The notes: generated by a model from the letters alone, not told the origin. A stretch of DNA of 24,000 nt from Candidatus Calditenuaceae archaeon HR02 (GCA_002898395.1 BEHE01000007.1:3631-27630), one strand, 5' to 3'; positions 15,440-23,795 are shown, counted from the stretch's first letter. A program made the numbers and translations.

Positions 15440-15447
15440 TTATTTAT
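15440..15447 (+). promoter_or_regulatory. TATA-like box for the radical SAM gene
   Basis: TTATTTAT centred about 29 nt upstream of the ATG at 15473. Confidence 0.4.
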
Positions 15448-15472
15448 CAGTAGAAGTACTCGATTCCAGCAG

Positions 15473-17212
15473 ATGACGCAGGTAGTGCTAACATACGATC
15501 CATCACTGGGACACATGTTTCACAATTTTCCGCTCCTCAGCTTTCTACCTTGCGCGCCTGTCAGATACGTTCCACCGCCTATATACAAGTATCTGAGTAA
15601 GCCGGATGTCCCGGCAGACGAGTATGGACGCGCCCTCCTAGCACCCTACGGGATCAGGAAGATTGAGGCATGTCTAAAGACGAAGTCGAAGCTACGGGCC
15701 GAAGTCGTCCATCACAACCACCTTGATAGACACATCAGAGAGGATACTAAGATAATAGCCGTTAACACAATGGACCCGTTAGGGATTGGGCCTCTAACGA
15801 TAATGTTCAACAACTGTGGACGTGAGAAGTCTTGGGTCGCATACGAGTTTGAGAACCTCATATACACGATAAATGTTCTACGTAGGAATAGGTGTCCCAA
15901 GGCCAAGCTCATAGTGGGTGGTGCGGGTGAATGGGAGTTTGAGATTAGGCCAGAAATGATAGATGCACTTGGGATAGACCACGTAGTTCAGGGAGAAATG
16001 GACGACATAATCCACATCCTATTCGAGGGTTTGATTGAGAACGACATCGACAACTCTATATTCTTTCACGGTTTCAGAACAACCGTCTTCAACCAGTACG
16101 GGCGCGCTACAGTAACCTATGTGAAGGATCCTCGTGGGCGCTTCATAACGCGACACCCATTCTCCAAGTATAGGCTCCCCAAGATAGATGACATTCCAAC
16201 CATTGTTGGCGGCACCATCAGCGGCCAAGTAGAGATTATGAGAGGGTGCGGGCTTGACTGTGACTTCTGCGAGGTTACGACGCGCCCTCTCCGATATTAT
16301 CCGCCAGAAAAGGTCCTAGAGGAGGTTAGGGTGAACCTGAGATATGGTGTTAGAAACGCGTGGTTCATTACAGATAATCAGTGGGCCTACATGTTAAGAG
16401 ACCCTGACTACTGGCCGAATAGAGAGGCAATCGAAAAACTCTACAGAACCGTCATGTCGCAGAACGGTGTGACGCATGCAAACCCAATGCACGCGACACT
16501 CGCGCCCCCCGCCGCAGACCCAGAGCTGCCCATGGTGATTTCTAAGATAGTGGGGGCGGGTCCGGGGAAGCATGTTGGTGTTCAGATAGGCTTGGAGACT
16601 GGAAGTGACAAGCTGATCCTGCAACACATGTCGAGGAAGGCCCTACCATTCCGTGTTGGCGTGGATGCGACCTGGTCCGAGATAGTGGTTGAGGGGCAGA
16701 AGGCCCTAAACGCTGCCTACTGGCTTCCAGCCTACACTATAATACTGGGGCTCGGAGGTGAGACGGACGACGACATCTGGGACACTATTGGTCTGATCAA
16801 CCACATGGCCTCCCTAGGGCTCCTCTTCACTGTCACTCCCATGGCGCTCGTAAGCCTTGGCTCTCTACGCGGAAACCAATCCCTCACCGACGTCTATGCT
16901 AGCCTAACTCCCGCGCAGGCAGCCCTAATCTATGTCTGCTGGAGGAATACGCGGAGGATGGCTGAGCTTCTCGCGTGGAGGCTTGGGAGCGATAATCCGG
17001 TACTAAAGCTTGTCACAGGGGGGATCCTCGCTTTCGGCGCTAACTTCTGGGTAAACTCTATTGAGCGCTACTTCAGAAAGGTTAACCCCGAGGCGGGAAG
17101 AGCCATCGAGAAGGCTAAAAACTACACTACAGTCTACTCGAAGGGCACCGACTTCAACAGGCTTAGAGAGCGGTTTAAGGAGATCAAGAGCAAGCCCACT
17201 ATACCTAACTAG
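15473..17212 (+). CDS. B12-binding-domain-type radical SAM enzyme, function unassigned
   Basis: Contains C259-G-L-D-C263-D-F-C266 (CxxxCxxC). The N-terminal ~200 aa is Rossmann-like (APYGIRKIEACL ... IIAVNTMDP ... LIVGGAG), as in class-B radical SAM enzymes. 579 aa. Confidence 0.8.
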   Translation: MTQVVLTYDPSLGHMFHNFPLLSFLPCAPVRYVPPPIYKYLSKPDVPADEYGRALLAPYGIRKIEACLKTKSKLRAEVVHHNHLDRHIREDTKIIAVNTMDPLGIGPLTIMFNNCGREKSWVAYEFENLIYTINVLRRNRCPKAKLIVGGAGEWEFEIRPEMIDALGIDHVVQGEMDDIIHILFEGLIENDIDNSIFFHGFRTTVFNQYGRATVTYVKDPRGRFITRHPFSKYRLPKIDDIPTIVGGTISGQVEIMRGCGLDCDFCEVTTRPLRYYPPEKVLEEVRVNLRYGVRNAWFITDNQWAYMLRDPDYWPNREAIEKLYRTVMSQNGVTHANPMHATLAPPAADPELPMVISKIVGAGPGKHVGVQIGLETGSDKLILQHMSRKALPFRVGVDATWSEIVVEGQKALNAAYWLPAYTIILGLGGETDDDIWDTIGLINHMASLGLLFTVTPMALVSLGSLRGNQSLTDVYASLTPAQAALIYVCWRNTRRMAELLAWRLGSDNPVLKLVTGGILAFGANFWVNSIERYFRKVNPEAGRAIEKAKNYTTVYSKGTDFNRLRERFKEIKSKPTIPN

Positions 17213-17634
17213 TCCCTTACATGCGTAGGTCTATGCTTATGCTCGAATACTGTGGTAATTATGCTCTCCCTCACTTGGCTTGGGAGAATAGCTGACGAAA
17301 GCCACATGCCAAACGCCCTCCTCTCATAAACGTTCGCAGGTCTCTTGAACACAATCAACCTCTTTATCGTCTGGTATACGCGATTGTTGCTGTGAACCCT
17401 CGGAATATAGTATAGTCTGAGTATCCGTCTGCTTCCAATTCGGCCCCGAGGCCTTGCAAACCTCCCCAACCTCATCTCAACAAAACTTAGTAGACCGTCA
17501 TAAACGAGCCTGTTCAGCGTGGCCTGGGCGGTCGCCATCTTACACCTTGCCCTACGTGCGATAAGGGGCACAGGTAAAGGCCCATACCTCTTAAGAGTTG
17601 TAATAACCCTCGCAGTAGCCGGCCCCCTAATCAT
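17209..17634 (-). CDS. very basic winged-helix-like DNA-binding protein
   Basis: 141 aa and Arg-rich. The N-terminal segment ARVITTLKRYGPLPVPLIARRARCKMATAQATLNRLVYDGLLSFVE looks like a wHTH. An AT-rich promoter region lies immediately upstream. Confidence 0.45.
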   Translation of the reverse strand: MIRGPATARVITTLKRYGPLPVPLIARRARCKMATAQATLNRLVYDGLLSFVEMRLGRFARPRGRIGSRRILRLYYIPRVHSNNRVYQTIKRLIVFKRPANVYERRAFGMWLSSAILPSQVRESIITTVFEHKHRPTHVRD

Positions 17635-17841
17635 ACGCTTCTAAATATATTTCGATATACTTTGATTTAAATCTACTTAAGCTATATAAAAAAGATAATA
17701 TGCCGGTACTCCTGCCTGGACGCCGGTCAGACAGCCCCCCTCCTTATAAGACTGCGCAAAATCTGATATTATTAGCAGGCCGGCATTATTAGGTCTCCTG
17801 GGTGAGACGTCACGGGCCCCCAATCCAGGCAGAGCACGGAA

Positions 17842-18495
17842 ATGCTTGCCACAGGTATACGTAGCCTGGATTCGATGCTCGGGGGGCTGGAGGCTAGGCG
17901 GCTCCACCTGATCGTCGGGGAGGAGAAGAGTGGGAAGACGACCCTCGCGCTACAGGTTGCATCAATAGCCTCTGGAACGGGGTTTGAAGTTCTCTGGCTA
18001 GACTGTAGTGGTAGACTGCACCCAGCCAGGCTTAGGTCCCTAGCAAATCACTGGAGTGCAGACCTGTATAGAATTAAGATTTCCATCCCTGAGACCTTCT
18101 CTGAGCAGTTGAGGCTAATAATTTGGGCTTGCGACTACATCCAAGAACCGGGCATAATAGTTGTGGACGACTTCACATACCTACACAGGGTGGAGGCTTC
18201 AGGAGTCTCTCCTCGTGATAAGTGGATTTATAAGATGCTCGCGTTCCAGTCCGCCCTCCTCAAAGAGGTGACGCGGTCCCGCAACGTGACCTCAATCATT
18301 GTCTCAGAAATTCATGAGAGGCCTGGCCTAGGCCAGCCTCAGCCAATAGCTAGCGCGATCATCTCTTATTATGCGGATACTGAGTTGTGGATACGGCCTA
18401 TTACAGCCGGTAGACGGTTGTTATGGGTGAACATAAATGACAAATCGTTATCACTCCGTGTTAGATTATTCGAAGGCGGAATTGCAGAAGACTAG
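17842..18495 (+). CDS. RadA paralogue (RadB/aRadC-like RecA-superfamily ATPase)
   Basis: TGIRSLDSMLGGL, Walker A G26EEKSGKT33 and Walker B IIVVDDF. 217 aa, a core ATPase domain only. Confidence 0.75.
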   Translation: MLATGIRSLDSMLGGLEARRLHLIVGEEKSGKTTLALQVASIASGTGFEVLWLDCSGRLHPARLRSLANHWSADLYRIKISIPETFSEQLRLIIWACDYIQEPGIIVVDDFTYLHRVEASGVSPRDKWIYKMLAFQSALLKEVTRSRNVTSIIVSEIHERPGLGQPQPIASAIISYYADTELWIRPITAGRRLLWVNINDKSLSLRVRLFEGGIAED

Positions 18496-18870
18496 CTATA
18501 TTTTTGCCGTATATCCCGCGAAAAGTCCAAGTGCAGATAGGAGAATGAGAAGCGATGCTCCAAGTGTAGCGTAGCCAACTGCCCTATCAGTTAGACGCCC
18601 CGTCGAGGCAAAGTAAAACAGGGTTAGACCGATTAAGCCCAAAGCGTAGTACAGTGAGACGACTATAAACTCGGCCACTGTCTGGATAGTTTGCGTTGGT
18701 GCAAAGATTTGGCGGCCATAGAAAGTGGCTACATGGCTCACTGTTACGAAGACCACGCCACTCATGACGAGTATTACTGTGAACATCAAAATTGCAGCCA
18801 GCAAGCCGCGCCCCTTAACTACCCAGTCGAGCGAGAGCACGGTGCCTAGAGTTCTCTTAACCCTCTCCAA
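18496..18870 (-). CDS. small three-TM membrane protein, unknown function
   Basis: 124 aa with three clear hydrophobic helices. A TATA-like element (plus AAATATA, 18894-18900) lies 24-30 nt upstream. The start is uncertain: TTG at 18870 or internal GTG/ATG. Confidence 0.45.
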   Translation of the reverse strand: MERVKRTLGTVLSLDWVVKGRGLLAAILMFTVILVMSGVVFVTVSHVATFYGRQIFAPTQTIQTVAEFIVVSLYYALGLIGLTLFYFASTGRLTDRAVGYATLGASLLILLSALGLFAGYTAKI

Positions 18871-18905
18871 CCCCTATGAAGTGCAAGCACCTCAAATATA
18901 ACATT

Positions 18906-18929
18906 ACCGCTATCGGAACCGCTATCGGA
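18906..18929. repeat. perfect tandem duplication 2 x ACCGCTATCGGA
   Basis: Read directly from the sequence. It lies just upstream of the TATA-like box of the small membrane protein gene. Confidence 0.6.
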
Positions 18930-19159
18930 GTGGAGCCGCGCTAATAGTCTTGCAACCTTATAATAAGTTTGTTTTTGAGAAAACATTCCATAACTCTAAA
19001 ACACATCCCAAGACCCTGTAAGATATGGGGCCGAAACTAGTTCTGCAGACTTGAGGGCCCTCTTCTACCCCGAGCACGGTCCGGGTGGACTGTAATCGTC
19101 GATAAAATTGTTAGCAGCGGTTAGGGTATTTGATCCTACGCAGGATGTGTGATTATCAC

Positions 19160-19166
19160 TTTATAT
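19160..19166 (+). promoter_or_regulatory. TATA-like box for aglB
   Basis: TTTATAT centred about 29 nt upstream of the ATG at 19192. It is preceded by a small palindrome, ATCCT-ACGC-AGGAT, at 19133-19146. Confidence 0.45.
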
Positions 19167-19191
19167 GCTGCTGCTCTAATGGTCTGAGGAG

Positions 19192-21336
19192 ATGGCCGGC
19201 TCGGTGAGGGCTTTCCTCGGTAGGGCGTCGGATGTTTTCTTAAGCTTGGACAGGAAGGTTGGTGGTAAGGAGTTTTACGCCCCTCTCGCCGTGCTATTGA
19301 TAGCTGTGGCAGTGACTTTCATGTCGAGGTCGCTACCCGCTAGGTGGGGATTCATTTTGAGCGAGTTCGACCCCTGGTGGCACTTCAAGACCGCTTCCAT
19401 GATCGTTGAGAGGGGGTGGGCAGGGTTCTTCGAGTTCTCCGGACTCGTAGATAATAAGAGCTGGTATCCGACCGGCCTCCAGGTTGGCAAGACCTTCTAT
19501 CCCGGAGTCTCATTCACCCTCGCATTCATCTATCTCGCCCTCTCCTCCATCGGAGTCAATGTAGACTTAATCGAACTCGCGTCAACCCTACCGGTATTAT
19601 ATGGCATCTTAGCGGTAGTAGTCACATTCTTGCTAGCTAGGTACGTTTTGGGGACAGGCCCAGCAATATCCTCGGCCCTGCTAATGTCCATAAGTTATGC
19701 ACACATCTCTAGGACGCACCTTGGGTGGCTTGATGACGAGGCGCTAGCTATCCCGCTCATGCATGCAGCCTTCCTGACATATCTCGCATCGATAAACGAG
19801 AAGAGGTCTATTAAGGGCTCCCTAGTCATGGGGCTGCTTACAGGGCTTCTCCTCGGCTACACCGGCGCTACATGGGGTGCACACAGGCTTCCAGTCATGA
19901 TGGTCTTCCTGTTTACTGCGCTCCTAGTATTCATGGGCAGGTATAGGAGGCAGCTTCTAGCGAGCTTCATACCACTACTCGCCTCAACGTCAATAATACT
20001 GTTGAGTGTCCCGAAGCTAGGCTTCTCGTACCTGTTTGAGATCACTCTCCTTTCAGGATATTTGTCACTGGCGTATGTTGTGTTGGCTGAAGTGCTCTAC
20101 CGATATATAGGGTCTCAGAGAGCGGTAATAGCACTAAGGGGGATTGCCATAGGGCTCATGTTGCTCGTAGCCGGCTTGGTTGTAGCCGAGGTTGCCAATC
20201 TTCCGGGGCTAAAATTCCTCTCAGTGGTTTTCCCCCAGCTAAGAGGCGAGCTGGTGATAATCGCCTCGGTAGCCGAGAACCAGGCCGCGACTTGGTCAAC
20301 ACTTTTCACAGACTTTGGACCAACGCTGATGTTGGTGCCTTTTGGAATCTACCTCCTCATCAAAAGGGCTGGAGACGGGGACATATTCTTCACACTCTAC
20401 GCAGTCCTCTCACTGTACTTTGCCTCCTCGCTTGTCCGGCTGGCCCTACCCACCTCCCCCATCGTCGCCATCTTGGCTGGCTTTGTCTTAACAGAGATGC
20501 TTGCGCTCGCGTCTAGAAATCTTATCCAACCCCGTGGACCTAGGGTGAGAAAGACTGGTGAGAGGAGGTTTTTGATTACTGTCCCACTGATTATTATGGC
20601 TCTGATATCAATCTACTATCTCCCACAGGCGATGGGAAATACTTGGGCATTCTCGTCCCTCGACGCTGCCTATACTCCCAGCACGATAACCTCCGCATCA
20701 CTTCCAACAGGCAGGAACTTAGTATTGAATGACTGGGTGCGCGCGGTTGAGTGGATGAGGAACAACCTTCCAGACAACGCCGTTGTAGCAGCATGGTGGG
20801 ACTATGGCAACTGGATATCAATAGTGGCTAACAGGACCTCGCTAGTAGATAACACGACAATAGACAGTCTAAGAATAGCAAAAGTAGGGTATGCATTCCT
20901 ATCACCAACCAACGTTAGTCTAAGGATCTTCAAAGAGATGGGCGCGACACACGTTCTCATCTTCGTCACACATAGACCACAGACGGGGGCTGGAGACTAT
21001 CCCAGGCTCCTCTACTATGGCGACGAGTCTAAATGGTTCTGGATGCTCCGCATAGCCAATCAGCATGCACGCCAGCTCGGGCTGGCTCCAATAGACGAGG
21101 TGGCGGTCCTCGGTCCCAATAGGGACCCGACGAACCCTACAGAAAAGTTCTGGACCGATACTACGCTCGGTAGACTGATACCGTTCAAGCCTAGGCAGAC
21201 CACAGACGCATTCGGCAACACTGTAACTGCATACTATTATGAGGAGCCTAGGGTCGAGGGTTATAGGCTAGTGTTCGCATCCTCGGCACCTTACTCTAGC
21301 TTGGCGTACGTATACATCTATGAGATTACTGGTTAG
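19192..21336 (+). CDS. aglB: archaeal oligosaccharyltransferase AglB (STT3 homologue)
   Basis: WWDYGNWI motif (20794-20817). The first external loop has EFDPWWHF, followed by WLDDE. There is a multi-TM N-terminal domain and a soluble C-terminal domain. Confidence 0.92.
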   Translation: MAGSVRAFLGRASDVFLSLDRKVGGKEFYAPLAVLLIAVAVTFMSRSLPARWGFILSEFDPWWHFKTASMIVERGWAGFFEFSGLVDNKSWYPTGLQVGKTFYPGVSFTLAFIYLALSSIGVNVDLIELASTLPVLYGILAVVVTFLLARYVLGTGPAISSALLMSISYAHISRTHLGWLDDEALAIPLMHAAFLTYLASINEKRSIKGSLVMGLLTGLLLGYTGATWGAHRLPVMMVFLFTALLVFMGRYRRQLLASFIPLLASTSIILLSVPKLGFSYLFEITLLSGYLSLAYVVLAEVLYRYIGSQRAVIALRGIAIGLMLLVAGLVVAEVANLPGLKFLSVVFPQLRGELVIIASVAENQAATWSTLFTDFGPTLMLVPFGIYLLIKRAGDGDIFFTLYAVLSLYFASSLVRLALPTSPIVAILAGFVLTEMLALASRNLIQPRGPRVRKTGERRFLITVPLIIMALISIYYLPQAMGNTWAFSSLDAAYTPSTITSASLPTGRNLVLNDWVRAVEWMRNNLPDNAVVAAWWDYGNWISIVANRTSLVDNTTIDSLRIAKVGYAFLSPTNVSLRIFKEMGATHVLIFVTHRPQTGAGDYPRLLYYGDESKWFWMLRIANQHARQLGLAPIDEVAVLGPNRDPTNPTEKFWTDTTLGRLIPFKPRQTTDAFGNTVTAYYYEEPRVEGYRLVFASSAPYSSLAYVYIYEITG

Positions 21337-22091
21337 CCGATATAGGAGGGTGCGCTCCCCCTCCGCTCCATCTCTTCAAAGAACCTACTAGCCTCTCTCA
21401 GAAGTTGCTGCTGCTTCTCTATCTCCGCGTCTAGCTTGGACGTGTCAACGGGTATCCCGAGGTATCCTGACAGTATTGCCAAAACCTTCTTCGCCGAGGC
21501 TAGGTCTGGCGCGAGGCCCATAGTGTCTGATATTAAGAGATCCATGGGTATGCGGTTCAGGTGGAACCGTAGCATCAGCGAGGATGTGAGTCTATCGACA
21601 GGCAGTGTTTCGATGTTCGTTGCAGCTTTTGCTCCTAGGCGGACCAGCCGTCTTACCCTCTCCATATCCGTGGATGATGCGTAGACCTCGCCTGAGGCAT
21701 TGACCCTACCGCTTGTAAGGACTACAAGGGCGCTGATCTTTGACGAGGGGAGATAGTTGAGCAAGATCTCCGATACCTCTTCACCCACCTCGGTTGTCTC
21801 TATGATGAAGTTCCTCGTCACGATAAGTAGTGCTTGCCTCTGGTTTGTGCGAGGCCTCGCGAGGTAGACCTCAATCTTAGGTGGCGCGGCAACGCCTTCA
21901 TTGTTTATCAAAGTGACTTGGGGGAAATGTGGTGAGAGGATCTCCGCGGCCTTAATCGCCTCTAAGCTCTCCTGTAGGATGCTAGAAACGATGAGTGCGA
22001 CAACCCCAGGCCCACCACCTGCATCTACGATGGTGTACTCTACGTCGTCTATCGGTACTTGAGTAAGCTTATTAAGCCTCGTCTCCCTCAA
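21333..22091 (-). CDS. PAC2-family proteasome assembly chaperone homologue (PbaA/PbaB-like)
   Basis: 252 aa. The N-terminal GGGPGVVALIVSSIL ... SPHFPQV pattern and the C-terminal helical tail are typical of archaeal PAC2/COG1938 proteins. The predicted start is TTG. Confidence 0.65.
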   Translation of the reverse strand: MRETRLNKLTQVPIDDVEYTIVDAGGGPGVVALIVSSILQESLEAIKAAEILSPHFPQVTLINNEGVAAPPKIEVYLARPRTNQRQALLIVTRNFIIETTEVGEEVSEILLNYLPSSKISALVVLTSGRVNASGEVYASSTDMERVRRLVRLGAKAATNIETLPVDRLTSSLMLRFHLNRIPMDLLISDTMGLAPDLASAKKVLAILSGYLGIPVDTSKLDAEIEKQQQLLREASRFFEEMERRGSAPSYIG

Positions 22092-22194
22092 GCCCTGCCT
22101 TTAATCCTGATATACGGTCTATTAAATACATCAACGAGTCCCATGTTTTGTATAGGCTGGTCTTTTTATATCATATTTGTGTAGGTATATGCAG

Positions 22195-22205
22195 TTTAAA
22201 TATAT
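22195..22205 (+). promoter_or_regulatory. TATA-like box for the rhodanese gene
   Basis: TTTAAATATAT centred about 34 nt upstream of the ATG at 22234. This argues against the longer ORF start at 22177. Confidence 0.45.
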
Positions 22206-22233
22206 CGATAATAGGGACCTAATACGATGGTAC

Positions 22234-23079
22234 ATGAGCGAAGAGCAGGAGTTACCGGTTCTGGTTTCCACCGAGTGGGTTGCGAAAAACCTCAACAGAC
22301 CCGATGTCCGTGTAGTTGAGGTCGACTATGACCCGCAGACAGCCTATTTTCAAGGACATGTGCGGGGGGCCGTCCTTTGGGACTGGAAAAAGGACATCAA
22401 CGATCCTATAGAGAGGAACATCATCAGTAAGGAGGGGTTCGAGTCCCTCTGCTCGCGTAGCGGAATCTCAAATGACACCCACATAGTCCTTTACGGCGAT
22501 TTCAACAACTGGTTTGCCGCCTTCGCATTCTGGGTTGCTAGACTTTACGGCCACCAGAAGTTGAGTATAATGGATGGTGGTAGGAAAAAGTGGATAGCTG
22601 AGGAGAGGGAGCTTGTGAAGGAGGCCCCTAGCCCAGCCCCGACCAGTTATAAGGTCACTAAGGTTCGATATGAGTATAGGATTCTTCTACCTGATGTCCG
22701 CGCAAGGCTCGGGAGCCCCACGGTAGCTTTAGTCGATGTGAGGTCGCCGGATGAGTATACTGGAAAAATCTTAGCTCCTCCCGAGTATCCTACAGAGCAC
22801 GCGCAGAGGGGAGGCCACATTCCTGGCGCAGTAAACATACCGTGGGCACGGGCACTTAACGAGGACGGCACCTTCAAACCCATCGAGGAGTTGAGAAGGC
22901 TCTACCAAGGCATGGGAGTGACGCCTGATAAAGAGGTGATAACCTACTGCAGGATTGGTGAGAGATCGTCCGTGACGTGGTTTGTTCTCAAGGAGTTGCT
23001 CAAGTATCCTAAAGTCAGGAACTATGATGGAAGCTGGAGCGAGTGGGGCAACGTAGTCGGCACACCAATAGAGAAATAA
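22234..23079 (+). CDS. tandem-domain rhodanese (thiosulfate/3-mercaptopyruvate sulfurtransferase family)
   Basis: Two rhodanese domains. The active-site loop is YCRIGERSS in the C-terminal domain, followed by [10 protein letters not shown] chose the start at M20 of the track ORF from the promoter position. Confidence 0.85.
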   Translation: MSEEQELPVLVSTEWVAKNLNRPDVRVVEVDYDPQTAYFQGHVRGAVLWDWKKDINDPIERNIISKEGFESLCSRSGISNDTHIVLYGDFNNWFAAFAFWVARLYGHQKLSIMDGGRKKWIAEERELVKEAPSPAPTSYKVTKVRYEYRILLPDVRARLGSPTVALVDVRSPDEYTGKILAPPEYPTEHAQRGGHIPGAVNIPWARALNEDGTFKPIEELRRLYQGMGVTPDKEVITYCRIGERSSVTWFVLKELLKYPKVRNYDGSWSEWGNVVGTPIEK

Positions 23080-23104
23080 GCCGAGAGGGTAGTTATCCTA
23101 GGCT

Positions 23105-23782
23105 GTGGTGGAAGAAATCCAAGCCTGCGGCTTCTCGAGCAACCACCTATACTTTCTCGAAGAGATGCTGTGGCTGAGCCCGATTCGGGACAGAGTTTTT
23201 AGAGTCGGAATACTACCAATTACTCAGACTCTTTGGGGTAAGGTAACCTCAGTAAGTGTTAAGCAGCCTGGTGACGAGGTTGCGGCGAACAGGGCTATCT
23301 GCCTTATAGAATCCCGTAGATTCTTAGGCAATGTCAGGGCTCCTTTCGACCTGAGGATAGAGCGCCTCAACATGGAGGCTGTTGAGCGGCCTTGGATTTT
23401 GCAGAGGGGCTTCGGCGAGGCTGCCTGGCTCTGCGAAGTGGCCGCCTTAGAGGATAATTGCTTGACCAGGCTGAAGAGTTGGAGCGAGATAAGGGGGGAG
23501 GTAGAGAGGATGATCAGCGAGAAGGGGATAATCTGTTTCAGAGAAGTGCCAGACTATGTACACGCCGCGATCGGGATTGACTGTAGCCAGCTACTTATGG
23601 TGCTCTCAGACAAACTTGAAGGTCTTCCTGAGGGAAGCATCATCCACATAGTTGCCGACTATAATGAGGGGGCTGAGAAGGATTTGGAGAAGTGGAGCAG
23701 AATTACGGGGAACGAGGTGCTGGACTTTAGGGTAGAGAAGAGGCTTGCCCACGCGCTGATTCGCCGTAGGACCCAATTTTAG
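23105..23782 (+). CDS. fusion of a GcvH-like domain (lipoyl-lysine replaced by Arg) and a TusA/SirA-like domain
   Basis: The N-terminal half aligns by eye to GcvH: LYFLEEMLWL ~ LKYSKEHEWL, VGI, and ESRRF in place of ESVKA. The C-terminal half aligns to TusA: GIDCSQLLM ... GSIIHIVADYNEGAEKDLEKWSRITGNEV ... ALIRRR versus GLRCPEPVM ... ADDP ... DI ... IRK. The GTG start lies 25 nt after the rhodanese stop. Confidence 0.65.
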   Translation: MVEEIQACGFSSNHLYFLEEMLWLSPIRDRVFRVGILPITQTLWGKVTSVSVKQPGDEVAANRAICLIESRRFLGNVRAPFDLRIERLNMEAVERPWILQRGFGEAAWLCEVAALEDNCLTRLKSWSEIRGEVERMISEKGIICFREVPDYVHAAIGIDCSQLLMVLSDKLEGLPEGSIIHIVADYNEGAEKDLEKWSRITGNEVLDFRVEKRLAHALIRRRTQF

Positions 23783-23795
23783 CTCAAGAATTAAA

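Noticed and set aside
19148-19187. C/D-box-like pattern GUGAUUA-N12-CUGC-N12-CUGA
   Set aside because: The C box is imperfect, there is no C' box, and at about 40 nt it is too short. It coincides exactly with the aglB TATA box and the start-codon-proximal region, so it is probably coincidental.
22177-22233. Longer N-terminal extension of the rhodanese ORF ([19 protein letters not shown])
   Set aside because: The best TATA-like box (22195-22205) lies inside the extension. The rhodanese domain begins right after M20, so the start was moved to 22234.
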